A DNA stretch of 64,000 nt from Atribacterota bacterium (GTDB lineage Bacteria; Atribacterota; Phoenicimicrobiia; Phoenicimicrobiales; Stramentimicrobiaceae): assembly GCA_040767965.1 (NCBI GenBank), contig JAXGNR010000004.1:160001-224000 (forward strand), given 5' to 3'. The notes below the pieces were generated by a model, which made no database searches, was not told where the DNA came from, and saw nothing but the letters and a program-made list of their open reading frames with translations. Every line of letters begins with the position of its first letter. The first letter of the stretch is position 1. Made by a program: the position numbers and the translations under genes. Of this stretch, positions 40,517 to 50,984 are shown piece by piece.

Positions 40517-42658
40517 ATGGAATCAAAAGAAAATATGAATCAAAGAAAGAACAAAATATCATTATGGAATGAAAGCATCATTGCGGTTTTGGCAGCTATA
40601 GTAATATTTATCCCTATTATCTTTTATCCATATTGCATTCCTGCATTCGATCCAATTAAAAATACTGTCCTGCAACTACTAGCTTTGCTGGGACTGGGTA
40701 TATTTGTTCTAAAAAATATTTATACAGAGAAATTTTCTTTTGAAAAAAAACCTGTTGATAAAATTATTTTTCTATACTTATTGTATGGCTCAATTTCACT
40801 AATCTGGTCTGTAAATATTTACCACAGCATTATGGCTTGGCCTTTATTCTTGGCAGGTCCGATATTATACTTTCTTTCTTCAAATACAGTTAAAAAACAG
40901 CCTAATTTGAATTTTTTAGTATTAATTATTTTATATTCAGGAACCATTAAGGGTTTTTATGGAATTCTACAGTATTTAGGAATTGATTTTGATTTCTGGG
41001 CTGGAAATGTTAACCGTGGACAGGTTTTCGGCTTGTTTGGAAATGTAAATTATTTTGCGGAATATTTGATATTACCATTATCTTTAGCTCTGGGTTTATT
41101 TATAAATAAAGAGCGGGTGTTCTCACGATTATATTTAATTATTTCTTTAATTGCCATGGGCGGAGGATTGTTTTTTACTTTTACCAGAGGATCTTATCTG
41201 GGTATTGCAGCAGCTTTAACAGTTATGATGGTTTTATACTACCAAGGATCAATAGAAAAAACGCATAAAAAATATTACCAAAGAATGATCCTATTTTTTC
41301 TTATAATGATATTTATTGCTTTGGCTGTTATTTACATTCCTCATACTTTTAACAAAGCAGGTACTCCGCTAGGAAGGCTTAGAGAAAGAGTAACCATTGA
41401 AAATATTACCTCTGGCAATAATACCATACGAAGAATTGCCATTTGGAAAATTACCTGGTTAATGATAAAGGACCGTCCTGTATTAGGTTCCGGAATAGGA
41501 ACTTTTGATTACCATACTTTGGATTATCAGGCAAAATTTTTTGCCCAGGGAGATAATAGAGATATTTACCCTCATGGTTTTGCTGCACAGAGCCATAATG
41601 AATATTTGCAGATATGGTCTGAATTGGGATTAGTCGGATTATTGTTGTTTCTTGGAATTACTTTTGTCTATTACAGGCATGTCCTGTTAAATTTAAAAAG
41701 AATAAATAAAATAAAAGAAAAAGCAATTGTTATTGGCCTGGCAGGGGGTATAGCAGCAGTTTTAGTAGATGCCCTGGTTAATTTCCCTTTACAATTGCCT
41801 GGTTCTATTGTCTTATTTTGGTTATTCATTGGCCTTACTAACACTCAAATAAATATATCCTGTAATACTGCACAGTTGGCTGGTAAAGAAGATACAAATA
41901 CCAGGATAATCGATTCAAAAAATATTAATACTCATCAAAAAAATACTGATAGCAATTCACAGAAAAGATTTATTTCAAATAATATTGTAAAAATTACTCT
42001 GACAGTATTGGTAATATTAATTATTATCATTGCTTCTAGTTTTATTATCAGGCCTTTTATAGCCAGGGTTTATTGGTATTATGGTAATCGACAGATAGTT
42101 AAAGGAAACTTTAATGAAGCTATCAGTATATATGAAAAAGGATTAAAATGGAACCCCTGGCAGGGAGAGATGCATTTTGACATTGCAAGTATTTTAATGA
42201 GTAAAGGAATAAATAATGTAGCTTTAGAAAATTTTGAGCAAGCAGAAAAGTATGTTGCACATCATAATATACCTCAGAATATTGCTGCTATTTATTTAAG
42301 ATGGGGGGAAGCTGAAAGAGCAATTCCTTTCCTGGAAAAGAGCATTTTATATCAAAAAGACAAAAAGAGTATGCTTCCTTATCAATTACAATTGGGGAAT
42401 ATATATTTAGCTAAAAAAAACTTTCAAAAAGCCAAAGAATATTTTGGTTCTGCTATTGATAATAACCCGGATAATGCTGAAGCATATTATGGAATTGCAG
42501 GGGTTTATGTAAATACCGGAGATAAAGAGCTGACTGTTGAATCTTTAAAAAAGGTAATTGAATTAGCTCCGGAAAGCAAATTGGCTGGTTATGCTAAAAC
42601 TATGTTAATTAAAATAGAATTAGATAGCATAAAAGATACTTCGGTTTTTATCGAGTAA
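40517..42658 (+). CDS. O-antigen ligase / O-oligosaccharyltransferase family (Wzy_C) membrane protein with C-terminal TPRs
   Basis: FGNVNYFA, TFTRGSYL, R..IW......IKDRPVLGSGIGTF, SHNEYLQ..SELG; TPR tail. Confidence 0.88.
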   Translation: MESKENMNQRKNKISLWNESIIAVLAAIVIFIPIIFYPYCIPAFDPIKNTVLQLLALLGLGIFVLKNIYTEKFSFEKKPVDKIIFLYLLYGSISLIWSVNIYHSIMAWPLFLAGPILYFLSSNTVKKQPNLNFLVLIILYSGTIKGFYGILQYLGIDFDFWAGNVNRGQVFGLFGNVNYFAEYLILPLSLALGLFINKERVFSRLYLIISLIAMGGGLFFTFTRGSYLGIAAALTVMMVLYYQGSIEKTHKKYYQRMILFFLIMIFIALAVIYIPHTFNKAGTPLGRLRERVTIENITSGNNTIRRIAIWKITWLMIKDRPVLGSGIGTFDYHTLDYQAKFFAQGDNRDIYPHGFAAQSHNEYLQIWSELGLVGLLLFLGITFVYYRHVLLNLKRINKIKEKAIVIGLAGGIAAVLVDALVNFPLQLPGSIVLFWLFIGLTNTQINISCNTAQLAGKEDTNTRIIDSKNINTHQKNTDSNSQKRFISNNIVKITLTVLVILIIIIASSFIIRPFIARVYWYYGNRQIVKGNFNEAISIYEKGLKWNPWQGEMHFDIASILMSKGINNVALENFEQAEKYVAHHNIPQNIAAIYLRWGEAERAIPFLEKSILYQKDKKSMLPYQLQLGNIYLAKKNFQKAKEYFGSAIDNNPDNAEAYYGIAGVYVNTGDKELTVESLKKVIELAPESKLAGYAKTMLIKIELDSIKDTSVFIE

Positions 42659-42764
42659 ATAAAAACAAACACTCTTTTAGTGTTTTTCAAAGATTAAATA
42701 TATTTTCAATTATTTAAAAAACAAATTTTTTGAACTATATTTTAGGATTAGGTATAATAAAAAT

Positions 42765-43571
42765 ATGAAAAAAAATAAAAAATCAATTAAAAAAATAATT
42801 TTTTCTTATATTGTGATTTCAGCACTGATTTTATTATTCTCTACTTTTTCTGTTTGTGCCCAGAACGATCCTGATAAAAAGGACAGTTACTCAATCCCTG
42901 CTGAAATATCCAAAAATGTATTGATCGAACTTTTTATCAATAAGGGATGCTCTGTTTGCCCTAAAGCAGCATTTTGCCTGGAGGAGATTGTGTGGGGGTA
43001 TGAACCAGGTAAGGTAATTTTGGTAGAAAGCCATATTTGGGGTGATGGTTTTGACACACCAGAAACCAATACCCGTTATAACTGGTATGCTGGTGATGGA
43101 CCTAAAGGAACTCCTGATGCCTTTTTTAATGGAATGTCAGACAGGATGCAGGGTTTATGTTGTGATTGCGGTGATATAGATGAAAACATTTCTGCCTATC
43201 AGGAGATAATCGAAAAACATTTAAGCAAAACAACTCCTATAAAAATAACAGCCAAGCAGGAAATATATGGTGATAAGATAATCATAGAAGGAGAAGTTGC
43301 CAATAAAAGTCATTCCATGTTAAACAATCTATTTTTAAGTGGAATTATCTATTTTGAAGGAGATGAGAGCGAGTTTTTCTACCTGACTAAATATATATTT
43401 GAAAATCAGGATATCTGTCAGTTAGCACCTCTGGAAAATCGTAAATTCAGCTTTGTTGCCGACTTAGAATTAAACAAATTAGAAAAAATTGAACAGCAAA
43501 AATATCGAGGGGTGGTATTTGTGCAAGAAAAACTAAGCAAGGAAGTAGTGCAATCTTTTCTTATTCCTTAA
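42765..43571 (+). CDS. Secreted thioredoxin-fold / Omp28-like protein
   Basis: Signal peptide; VLIELF...CSVCPKA; GTPDAFFNG; VVFVQ....KEVVQS. Confidence 0.75.
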   Translation: MKKNKKSIKKIIFSYIVISALILLFSTFSVCAQNDPDKKDSYSIPAEISKNVLIELFINKGCSVCPKAAFCLEEIVWGYEPGKVILVESHIWGDGFDTPETNTRYNWYAGDGPKGTPDAFFNGMSDRMQGLCCDCGDIDENISAYQEIIEKHLSKTTPIKITAKQEIYGDKIIIEGEVANKSHSMLNNLFLSGIIYFEGDESEFFYLTKYIFENQDICQLAPLENRKFSFVADLELNKLEKIEQQKYRGVVFVQEKLSKEVVQSFLIP

Positions 43572-43681
43572 ATAAATAGTATCATGTAAAAAATATTTTA
43601 GTTCTTTAACAATTTCGAAGCACAATTTATACTAAGATTAGTGAAATATTTAATTCTAAAAGGCAGGTTAGATGCAGTAAA

Positions 43682-44296
43682 ATGGGGAAAAATTATAGAA
43701 AATCCAAAATAATAATTTTAAATGTTGCATTAATAGTAATATTTATTTTATCCGGCATAAGCCAAGTATTTGCACAATGTGAAATATCTTCTCCTGCTCC
43801 CGATTTTATATTACAGGATTTAAACGGGGAAACTTTCCAGTTAAACCAGATTAAAAATAAGTATCAATATGTTTTAATCAGTTTTTTGCAGGCAAATAAC
43901 TCTAATTCAATTAATAAATTAAGTGAGCTGGTAAACTTTTTTGAAAACTGTAAACCAGCAGAAAATTACCTTCTTTTAGCTATTCTTGCTGATACAGAAA
44001 ATTCAGAGTTTCAAAAAGATAAGTTTATTAATTTACAAAAAAGAACAGAGGTTCCTATAACATTATTATCTGCTGAAGATAGTCAGGTATTAGAAGATTA
44101 TCAAATAGAAGGATATCCTACAATTATTTTATTAAGAAATGATCTTTGTGTCAGGAAAATATATTCAAAATTTACTGACCATGTTGAGAAGTCTTTTTAT
44201 CAGTATCTTACATTTATAATGGCCTGCCAGAAATCCAGCAATAATAACAATAGTTCCTGTGATAGTGGAGTTTGTCCACCACCTGCCGGTTATTAA
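43682..44296 (+). CDS. Secreted redoxin (AhpC/TSA/TlpA-like) lacking the CxxC
   Basis: APDFILQDLNGETFQL, YQIEGYPT; NSNS at the CxxC position. Confidence 0.72.
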   Translation: MGKNYRKSKIIILNVALIVIFILSGISQVFAQCEISSPAPDFILQDLNGETFQLNQIKNKYQYVLISFLQANNSNSINKLSELVNFFENCKPAENYLLLAILADTENSEFQKDKFINLQKRTEVPITLLSAEDSQVLEDYQIEGYPTIILLRNDLCVRKIYSKFTDHVEKSFYQYLTFIMACQKSSNNNNSSCDSGVCPPPAGY

Positions 44297-44322
44297 AAAT
44301 TAAATAATACAGGAGGGAAGAG

Positions 44323-46091
44323 TTGGATTATATAGCGAAATACCAAAAATGGCTAAAAAGTTCTTTTCTTAGTGCAGAGGACAAGAATGAACTGCTTTCT
44401 ATTTCCGAAAACAAAGAAGAGATACAGGATCGTTTTTATAAAGAGTTAGAGTTTGGGACAGCAGGATTGCGCGGTAAGATTGGCATGGGAACTAACAGAA
44501 TGAATATATATACAGTTGGAAAAACTACCCAGGGCCTGGCAAACTATTTACTGCAAAATACAGAAAGCCCTCAAGAAAGAGGAGTAGCCATTGCATATGA
44601 TTGCAGGTATAAGTCCCGGGAATTTTCTGCAAGGGCAGCCCAGGTACTGGCAGCTAATGGTATTAAAGTTTACCTTTTTGAGGATATCAGACCAACTCCT
44701 GAATTATCTTTTGCTGTTTATCACCTGCAAGCTGCTGCTGGCATAGTTATAACTGCCAGCCATAATCCGCCAGAATATAATGGTTATAAAGTTTATGCGG
44801 AAAATGCTGCTCAAATCATGCCGGAAACAGCTGATAAAATAATTGAAGAAATAAGCAAGATCAAAGATGATTCTGCAGTTAAAATAATTTCTTTACAAGA
44901 AGCACAGAATAGTTCTTTGGTAATAAATATCGGGGCAGATATAGATAAAATATATTATCAAAAAATAAAACAACTCTCTTTGAGTGAAGATATTGACAAA
45001 AAAGTCAAAATAGTATTTACCCCATTACATGGTACCGGCAATCGACCTATAAGGGAAATCTTAGAAAGCCTGAATTATGAAAACTTGTCGATAGTGGAAG
45101 AGCAAGCAGGCCCTGACCCGGAATTTTCTACTGTTGACTCCCCCAATCCGGAAAATCCGGCAGCATTTAAAATGGCGGTAAAATCAGGGCTGAAAAAAAA
45201 TGCTGATATTCTGATTGCAACTGATCCTGATTGCGACCGGATTGCAGTGGCAGTTTTCAATCCTAAAATTTTTGAAAAATGTAACGATGAGGCAAACTTG
45301 TTTGACACTATAAATAATTATGTTTTTAAATGGTAATCAGACAGGTGCCCTGTTACTAAATTATATTTTAGAGAAGAAAAGAGAATAACCAGCTACCAAT
45401 AGGATCTTTTGTCATTAAAACAATAGTAACTTCAGATCTGGGGAAAAAAGTAGCAGAAAAATACAATATTCAGATCTATGATACTTTAACAGGATTTAAA
45501 TTTATCTGCAATAAGGCAATGGAACTTGAAAAAAAAGGTGGTACTTTTTTATTTGGCTATGAGGAAAGTATCGGTTATCTGGCAGGAAATTTTGTCAAAG
45601 ACAAAGATGCGGTTATCTGTGCTATGCTGATTGCAGAAATGACCGCTTATTATAAGAAAAGAAACTTATCGCTTTTGGATGTGCTTGCTGATTTATACGG
45701 ACAATACGGATATTTCCTGGATCATCTGGAATCCATTACCTTAGAGGGAATGGCCGGGGAACTGCAAATGAAAAAAATAATGGCTTCTTTTAGAGAGCAA
45801 TTTCCAGTTATTCCCGGAATGGATGTTGCCCAAAAAATAGATTACCTGTCATCATTTCAATATGATTATCTTAAAAAAGAACAAAAATTGATTGATATCC
45901 CGCAAGAAGATGTTTTAAAGTGTTTTTTTACCGATGGGTCCTGGTATGCAATTCGCCCATCAGGTACTGAACCAAAAATAAAGATTTATATGTCTTTAGT
46001 GGGCAAAGATAAAAAACAATCTGAAGAAAAGCTATTGAAAATGAAATCTGTAATTTTACAAAAGATAAACAGTATTTTAAAGTATTCTTAG
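44323..46091 (+). pseudogene. Phosphoglucomutase/phosphomannomutase, split by two +1 frameshifts (probably assembly errors)
   Basis: FGTAGLRG, TASHNP, DPDCDR; middle frame LNGNQTGALL; last frame KTIVTS, TLTGFK, YEESIG, RPSGTEPK. Confidence 0.85.
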
Positions 46092-46954
46092 GGTAATTCA
46101 AGGACATTGAATTCAACATCTTCAAGATTAATCAGTAATAATTTATTTCTTAAAGAAGTTCCTCTGTTTAAAAGTACTTTTAGCACTTCCTGAACTTCCA
46201 AAGATGCTATTAAGGCCGGAGAGGCAGGTAAAACACTCAGGCGATTTTCGGAATTATCTTTTGTGTAATTTTCCTTTGGCCCATAGATATTCTGCAAACC
46301 TTTATCTTCAGGGAAAATAGTGCTAACCTGTCCAATAAAACCACCTACTGCCCCATGGATAAAGGGTATTTTTAATTTCTTACAACCTTCTTCAATAATA
46401 AAGCGACTTGGGATATTATCCAGGGCATCAACCACTATGTCAGAACCTGAAATTATTTCCCGGACATTTTCTGAGTCTATAAAACAGGAATAGCTGGTGG
46501 TATTGATACTGGAATTGATGTGTTTTATTCTTTCAAGAGCTTTTTCTGCTTTTTCGATTCCGATAGCATGCTCAGTGCATAATAATTGCCGGTTAAGGTT
46601 GCTTTCATTAAAAATGTCTCCATCAATAACAGCTATATTTCCAATACCTGTTCTGGCTAAGAGCTCTACTATATTGCCGCCTAATCCGCCACAACCGACT
46701 ACAGCTACAGTAGACTGAAGCAACTTAATTTGATCAGAAAAGCTAATAGTATCATAATTGCGCTCATAACGAGTGGGCATAATATCCTGCTGTAATGATA
46801 ATATTTCAACTTCTAAAGGCGATAGTGAATATTTTTTGGCAATATGTTTAACTTGATTGGTGGTAATTGTGAAAATAAAACTTTTCTGCGATAATTGTTT
46901 TTCCTTTATCTTTCCCAATTCGTTTATAATTTCTTTTATATTTTTATTTTTCAT
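46088..46954 (-). CDS. ThiF/MoeB/HesA-family E1-like adenylyltransferase
   Basis: RYERN, GCGGLG, DGD....SNLNRQ, DALDN. Confidence 0.92.
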   Translation of the reverse strand: MKNKNIKEIINELGKIKEKQLSQKSFIFTITTNQVKHIAKKYSLSPLEVEILSLQQDIMPTRYERNYDTISFSDQIKLLQSTVAVVGCGGLGGNIVELLARTGIGNIAVIDGDIFNESNLNRQLLCTEHAIGIEKAEKALERIKHINSSINTTSYSCFIDSENVREIISGSDIVVDALDNIPSRFIIEEGCKKLKIPFIHGAVGGFIGQVSTIFPEDKGLQNIYGPKENYTKDNSENRLSVLPASPALIASLEVQEVLKVLLNRGTSLRNKLLLINLEDVEFNVLELP

Positions 46955-47223
46955 TACCCACCTGCCATCATTAAAAAGAGTTTTAATTCACATGAGTGCC
47001 GGATTAAATACTCTTTATTGATATTTTTTTCTCCATTCAAAAGAATAATCCCCAGATAGTCATCTTTTATTCTGCTATCTTTTAAAACCTGCTCTACTTT
47101 TACCGGATTGTCATATTTCAGTTCAAGAAGCTGAGTATTTTTCAATAAATCTTCTTTGCTGCTCAGATATTTCGGTATGGATAGCTTTATTTTAATTGTC
47201 TTCTTAAATTTTTTCTGGTTCAA
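46954..47223 (-). CDS. MoaD/ThiS ubiquitin-like protein
   Basis: 89 aa, LLNG, C-terminal MAGG; translationally coupled to the E1 gene. Confidence 0.8.
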   Translation of the reverse strand: MNQKKFKKTIKIKLSIPKYLSSKEDLLKNTQLLELKYDNPVKVEQVLKDSRIKDDYLGIILLNGEKNINKEYLIRHSCELKLFLMMAGG

Positions 47224-47440
47224 TAATAGTTTGTCTTTCTATATTTGATTATAATTATAACAGTCTGGTCAAGGTTTTTTTGCTGAGAACGAGAAAAATA
47301 ATTCAAAAATAGAATAAGTATTTTGGGTATCTGAAATATGTATTTACTGTTTTTATGAATAAATATTTATTATACTTGTAAAGATTTCAATGTTATAATA
47401 AAAATATCTAATTTATAATTAATTAGTTGAGGTATATAAA

Positions 47441-48025
47441 ATGGATATTTTAGAAATTCTTCAAAGTATGTCTGGTAACAGTTCAGCACTTAAACAATTA
47501 AATAAAAAAGTTGATGCTGAACCGGAAAAAGTGGAGAAGGCAGTACAAATCAGCATTCCAATGCTAATGGAGGCATTAAACCGTAACACAAATAACCCCC
47601 AGGGTGCCCAGTCTCTGGCAAAAGCTCTTGATCAGCATCAGAATGACAATGTAGATAATCTGGAAAAATTTTTACAAAATGTTGATATGGCAGATGGCTC
47701 TAAAATACTTGAGCATATTTTTTCAAATAAAAATCAGACAGTGCAAAATAGTCTTTCCAAAACAACAGGCCTTCAGCAAGACCAGATTGGTTCAATTCTA
47801 GCCAGTCTTGCTCCAATGTTGTTAGGGTTTTTAGGCAATCAGAAAAAAGCCCAGAATTTAGATGCTGACGGCATATCCAACCTGACTTCTTCTTTATCTC
47901 AAAACCTGCAGAAAAATACAGGCGGAAATCTTTTTTCACTGGCTACCAAATTGTTAGATGCCAATAAAGATGGCAGTATTATTGATGATGTATTAAAAAT
48001 GTTTGGTAAATTTAAAAAAAGATAA
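47441..48025 (+). CDS. DUF937-like protein
   Basis: GAQSLAKALDQH, DGSKILEHIF, LLDANKDGSIIDD. Confidence 0.8.
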   Translation: MDILEILQSMSGNSSALKQLNKKVDAEPEKVEKAVQISIPMLMEALNRNTNNPQGAQSLAKALDQHQNDNVDNLEKFLQNVDMADGSKILEHIFSNKNQTVQNSLSKTTGLQQDQIGSILASLAPMLLGFLGNQKKAQNLDADGISNLTSSLSQNLQKNTGGNLFSLATKLLDANKDGSIIDDVLKMFGKFKKR

Positions 48026-48073
48026 AATATAACCTGCAACAGGTTAATTAAAATAAAAAATAAGGATATTAAA

Positions 48074-50464
48074 ATGAATGATAGTATTTCTTTGTATGAA
48101 AAATTAGGGCTTTTTTATCTAGGAAAGGAAGTAGATCCTAAAACATTTCAAAGCACCCAAAATCTGTTTCTCTATAAATCAAAGGACTTTACAACACATG
48201 CTGCTATAATTGGAATGACTGGCAGTGGTAAAACCGGTTTGGGGATTTCTATCATAGAAGAAGCAGTAATTGATAAAATACCCTCAATTATCATTGATCC
48301 TAAGGGAGATATGGGAAACCTGTTATTAGCATTTCCCGATTTAAAGGCAGAAGATTTTCAGAAATGGATAGACCCGGCTGAAGCTGAAAATAAAGGAATG
48401 GATCCAATAAGATATGCAGAAAATACTGCAAAAAACTGGGAAGAGGGATTGCACAGCTTTTTTCAAAATAAAGAAAGAATTGCTTTTTACAAAGATAATG
48501 CTGATTTTTCTATCTACACCCCTGGTAGTTCAGCTGGCATACCCATGTCAGTTTTAAGTAGTTTTGATGTTCCTTCACCGGATGTCCTTAATGATCCGGA
48601 TACCTTTTCTTCAATTATAAATTCTACCGTGATGGGATTACTTTCACTGGTTAAGATTGAGGCTGATGTGCTGACCAGCAAGGAATATATCTTATTAGCA
48701 GCCATTTTTACCCATTTTTGGAAAAACAATAAAAATTTATCACTGGAAGAAATTATTGGATATATCACCAATCCGCCATTTGATAAAATTGGTGTTTTAA
48801 GTCTGAATCATTTTTATCCTCAAAAAGAAAGATTTGCACTGGCTATGCTTTTAAATAATATTTTGTCCAGTCCCGGATTTTCAATGTGGTTAGAAGGCGA
48901 AAGATTGGATATCCAGAATCTCCTGTATACTAAAGAAGGTAAACCAAAGGTAAGTATCCTGTCCATTGCTCATCTTGATAATAGTCAGAGAATGTTTTTT
49001 GTAACATTATTTTTGAATAAATATATCAGCTGGATGAGACAGCAAAGAGGCACTCCTTCCTTGAGAACAATCCTTTATATGGATGAGATATTTGGATTTT
49101 TCCCGGCTACCGCAAGTCCTCCTTCTAAAAAGCCTATGTTGCTTTTACTGAAGCAGGCCAGGGCTTATGGTGTTGGCATAGTTCTGGCAACACAGAATCC
49201 TATTGATATAGACTATAAAGGACTTTCCAATATTGGCAGCTGGTTTTTGGGGAGGCTGCAGACCAGGCAGGATAGAGATCGGGTAATTGATGGTTTGCTT
49301 AAAAATACAGAGAATTCTTTAAATAAAAGCGATATTGAATCCCTGCTGGCTAATATGAAAAAGAGAACTTTTCTGTTAAAAAGTGCACACCTTGATGAAA
49401 TTCCAATATTGGAAACAAGGTGGGTGTTATCTTATCTGAGAGGACCTCTCTCCAGTATGGAAATAAAAGAATTGATGGAAAATAAGAAAGAATCTCCAGA
49501 AGAAAACAAAGCAGAACAGCACAGTTATCTCTGGAAGCAGGGGGAAAATTCCTCAGAAACAACAGAGGTGCTTCCTCTTATTTCTGATAAAATTAAACAA
49601 TATTTCCTGAATAATCCCCCATTTGGCGAAGAAGTAATTTACGAACCAACAATAATCTTGAATGGTAGTATAAGATTTTACAATCAATCCAAGCGTGTTG
49701 ATCAAAAAGAGAATGTATCTCTTAAATTACCAGTGAATAAAGACATGACTGATATTAATTTCCATGATGCCTTGCCCAATGATGATGATATAAACATGTA
49801 TGATATAAAACCTTTTGAACAGGCGCACTTTTCTTTATTACCTTCTTTTTTAGAAAAAATTAAAGATGTAAAGACGATCGAAGATAAGTTCAAGAATTAT
49901 TTGTATGATGAGAAAAGAGTAGAATTATATAATTGTAAGGAATTTAAACTGCTATCCATCCCGGGAGAAGAATTATCTGTCTTTAAATCCCGGATAATGG
50001 ACCTTATTAGAGAGGAAAAAGACAAAGCTGTTGAAAAATTAACTGAAAAGTATACCAAAAAAGAAGAAAAATTGGAAAAAGATTATGCAAAGCTTCTAGA
50101 AAAACTGGAAAAGGAAGAAGCTGAAGTCAAGGCAGCAACAACACAAAGCGCTTTATCGATAGGTTCCAGCGTATTAGGTGCTTTGCTGGGGAGAACTAAA
50201 GTGGGGACATTGAGTTCCAGTGTAACAGGTTTAAGTAAAGCCAGTAGAGTGTTAAAGCAAAAAAAAGATGTGGATCTGGTAAAAAAGAAGATAGAGAAAC
50301 TTACCGTGGATATTAATAAACTGGAAGAGGATCTAAAGCAAAATATAGAGGATATGTCAGTGGAATTTGATATTGATAAATATACCATTGAAACAATAAG
50401 CATCAAACCTAAAAAGAGTGATATTTACGGGATTAAAGTTGCTTTATTATGGGATTCTAAATAG
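48074..50464 (+). CDS. HerA-like P-loop ATPase (DUF87/DUF853-type) with C-terminal coiled-coil
   Basis: GMTGSGKT, IDPKGD, YTPGS, YMDEIFG, LLKQARAYGVG..LATQNP. Confidence 0.85.
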   Translation: MNDSISLYEKLGLFYLGKEVDPKTFQSTQNLFLYKSKDFTTHAAIIGMTGSGKTGLGISIIEEAVIDKIPSIIIDPKGDMGNLLLAFPDLKAEDFQKWIDPAEAENKGMDPIRYAENTAKNWEEGLHSFFQNKERIAFYKDNADFSIYTPGSSAGIPMSVLSSFDVPSPDVLNDPDTFSSIINSTVMGLLSLVKIEADVLTSKEYILLAAIFTHFWKNNKNLSLEEIIGYITNPPFDKIGVLSLNHFYPQKERFALAMLLNNILSSPGFSMWLEGERLDIQNLLYTKEGKPKVSILSIAHLDNSQRMFFVTLFLNKYISWMRQQRGTPSLRTILYMDEIFGFFPATASPPSKKPMLLLLKQARAYGVGIVLATQNPIDIDYKGLSNIGSWFLGRLQTRQDRDRVIDGLLKNTENSLNKSDIESLLANMKKRTFLLKSAHLDEIPILETRWVLSYLRGPLSSMEIKELMENKKESPEENKAEQHSYLWKQGENSSETTEVLPLISDKIKQYFLNNPPFGEEVIYEPTIILNGSIRFYNQSKRVDQKENVSLKLPVNKDMTDINFHDALPNDDDINMYDIKPFEQAHFSLLPSFLEKIKDVKTIEDKFKNYLYDEKRVELYNCKEFKLLSIPGEELSVFKSRIMDLIREEKDKAVEKLTEKYTKKEEKLEKDYAKLLEKLEKEEAEVKAATTQSALSIGSSVLGALLGRTKVGTLSSSVTGLSKASRVLKQKKDVDLVKKKIEKLTVDINKLEEDLKQNIEDMSVEFDIDKYTIETISIKPKKSDIYGIKVALLWDSK

Positions 50465-50523
50465 TTTTTGACTAGAATTTTAAAAGTTAAAAACAAATTA
50501 AATAAATATGTAAGGAGGTTGAA

Positions 50524-50928
50524 ATGGCAAAGATAACAGAAATAGAAGGAGTAGGAGAGGTTAATGCCGCGAAACTGAAAAAAGCAGGAATAAGCTCTGT
50601 GGAGAAATTGTTGAAAATTGGAGCTGAACCTGCTGGGCGCAAGGAAATTGCCAGCAAATCAGGATTTGATGAAAAACTAATCCTGAAATGGGTTAATTTT
50701 GCAGACCTTTTCAGAATTAAGGGAGTTGCCAGTGAATATTCCGAATTGCTGGAAGCGGCAGGAGTGGATACAGTAATAGAACTCTCCAAGAGGGTGCCGG
50801 AAAACCTGCAAAAAAAGATGGAAGAAGTAAACCAGCAAAAGAAGCTGGTGAGAAGAATTCCTACCTTGAAAGAAGTGGAAAAATGGGTTAGACAGGCAAA
50901 GGAATTGCCTAGAGGTGTTCATTATTAA
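50524..50928 (+). CDS. DUF4332-like HhH protein
   Basis: IEGVG...A.KL..AGI, ADLFRIKGV..EYSELLEAAGVDTV.EL. Confidence 0.85.
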   Translation: MAKITEIEGVGEVNAAKLKKAGISSVEKLLKIGAEPAGRKEIASKSGFDEKLILKWVNFADLFRIKGVASEYSELLEAAGVDTVIELSKRVPENLQKKMEEVNQQKKLVRRIPTLKEVEKWVRQAKELPRGVHY

Positions 50929-50984
50929 ATAAACTATTTTTTAAAAATAGCAGTCACCTTTTAATATTAATTGTTAATATTTTT

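Noticed and set aside
45280-45307. TGTAAC...TTTGACA in the phosphoglucomutase loop as a degenerate family A repeat or ECF promoter
   Set aside because: The GGGACGGTT core and the CGTA -10 box are both absent; likely chance.
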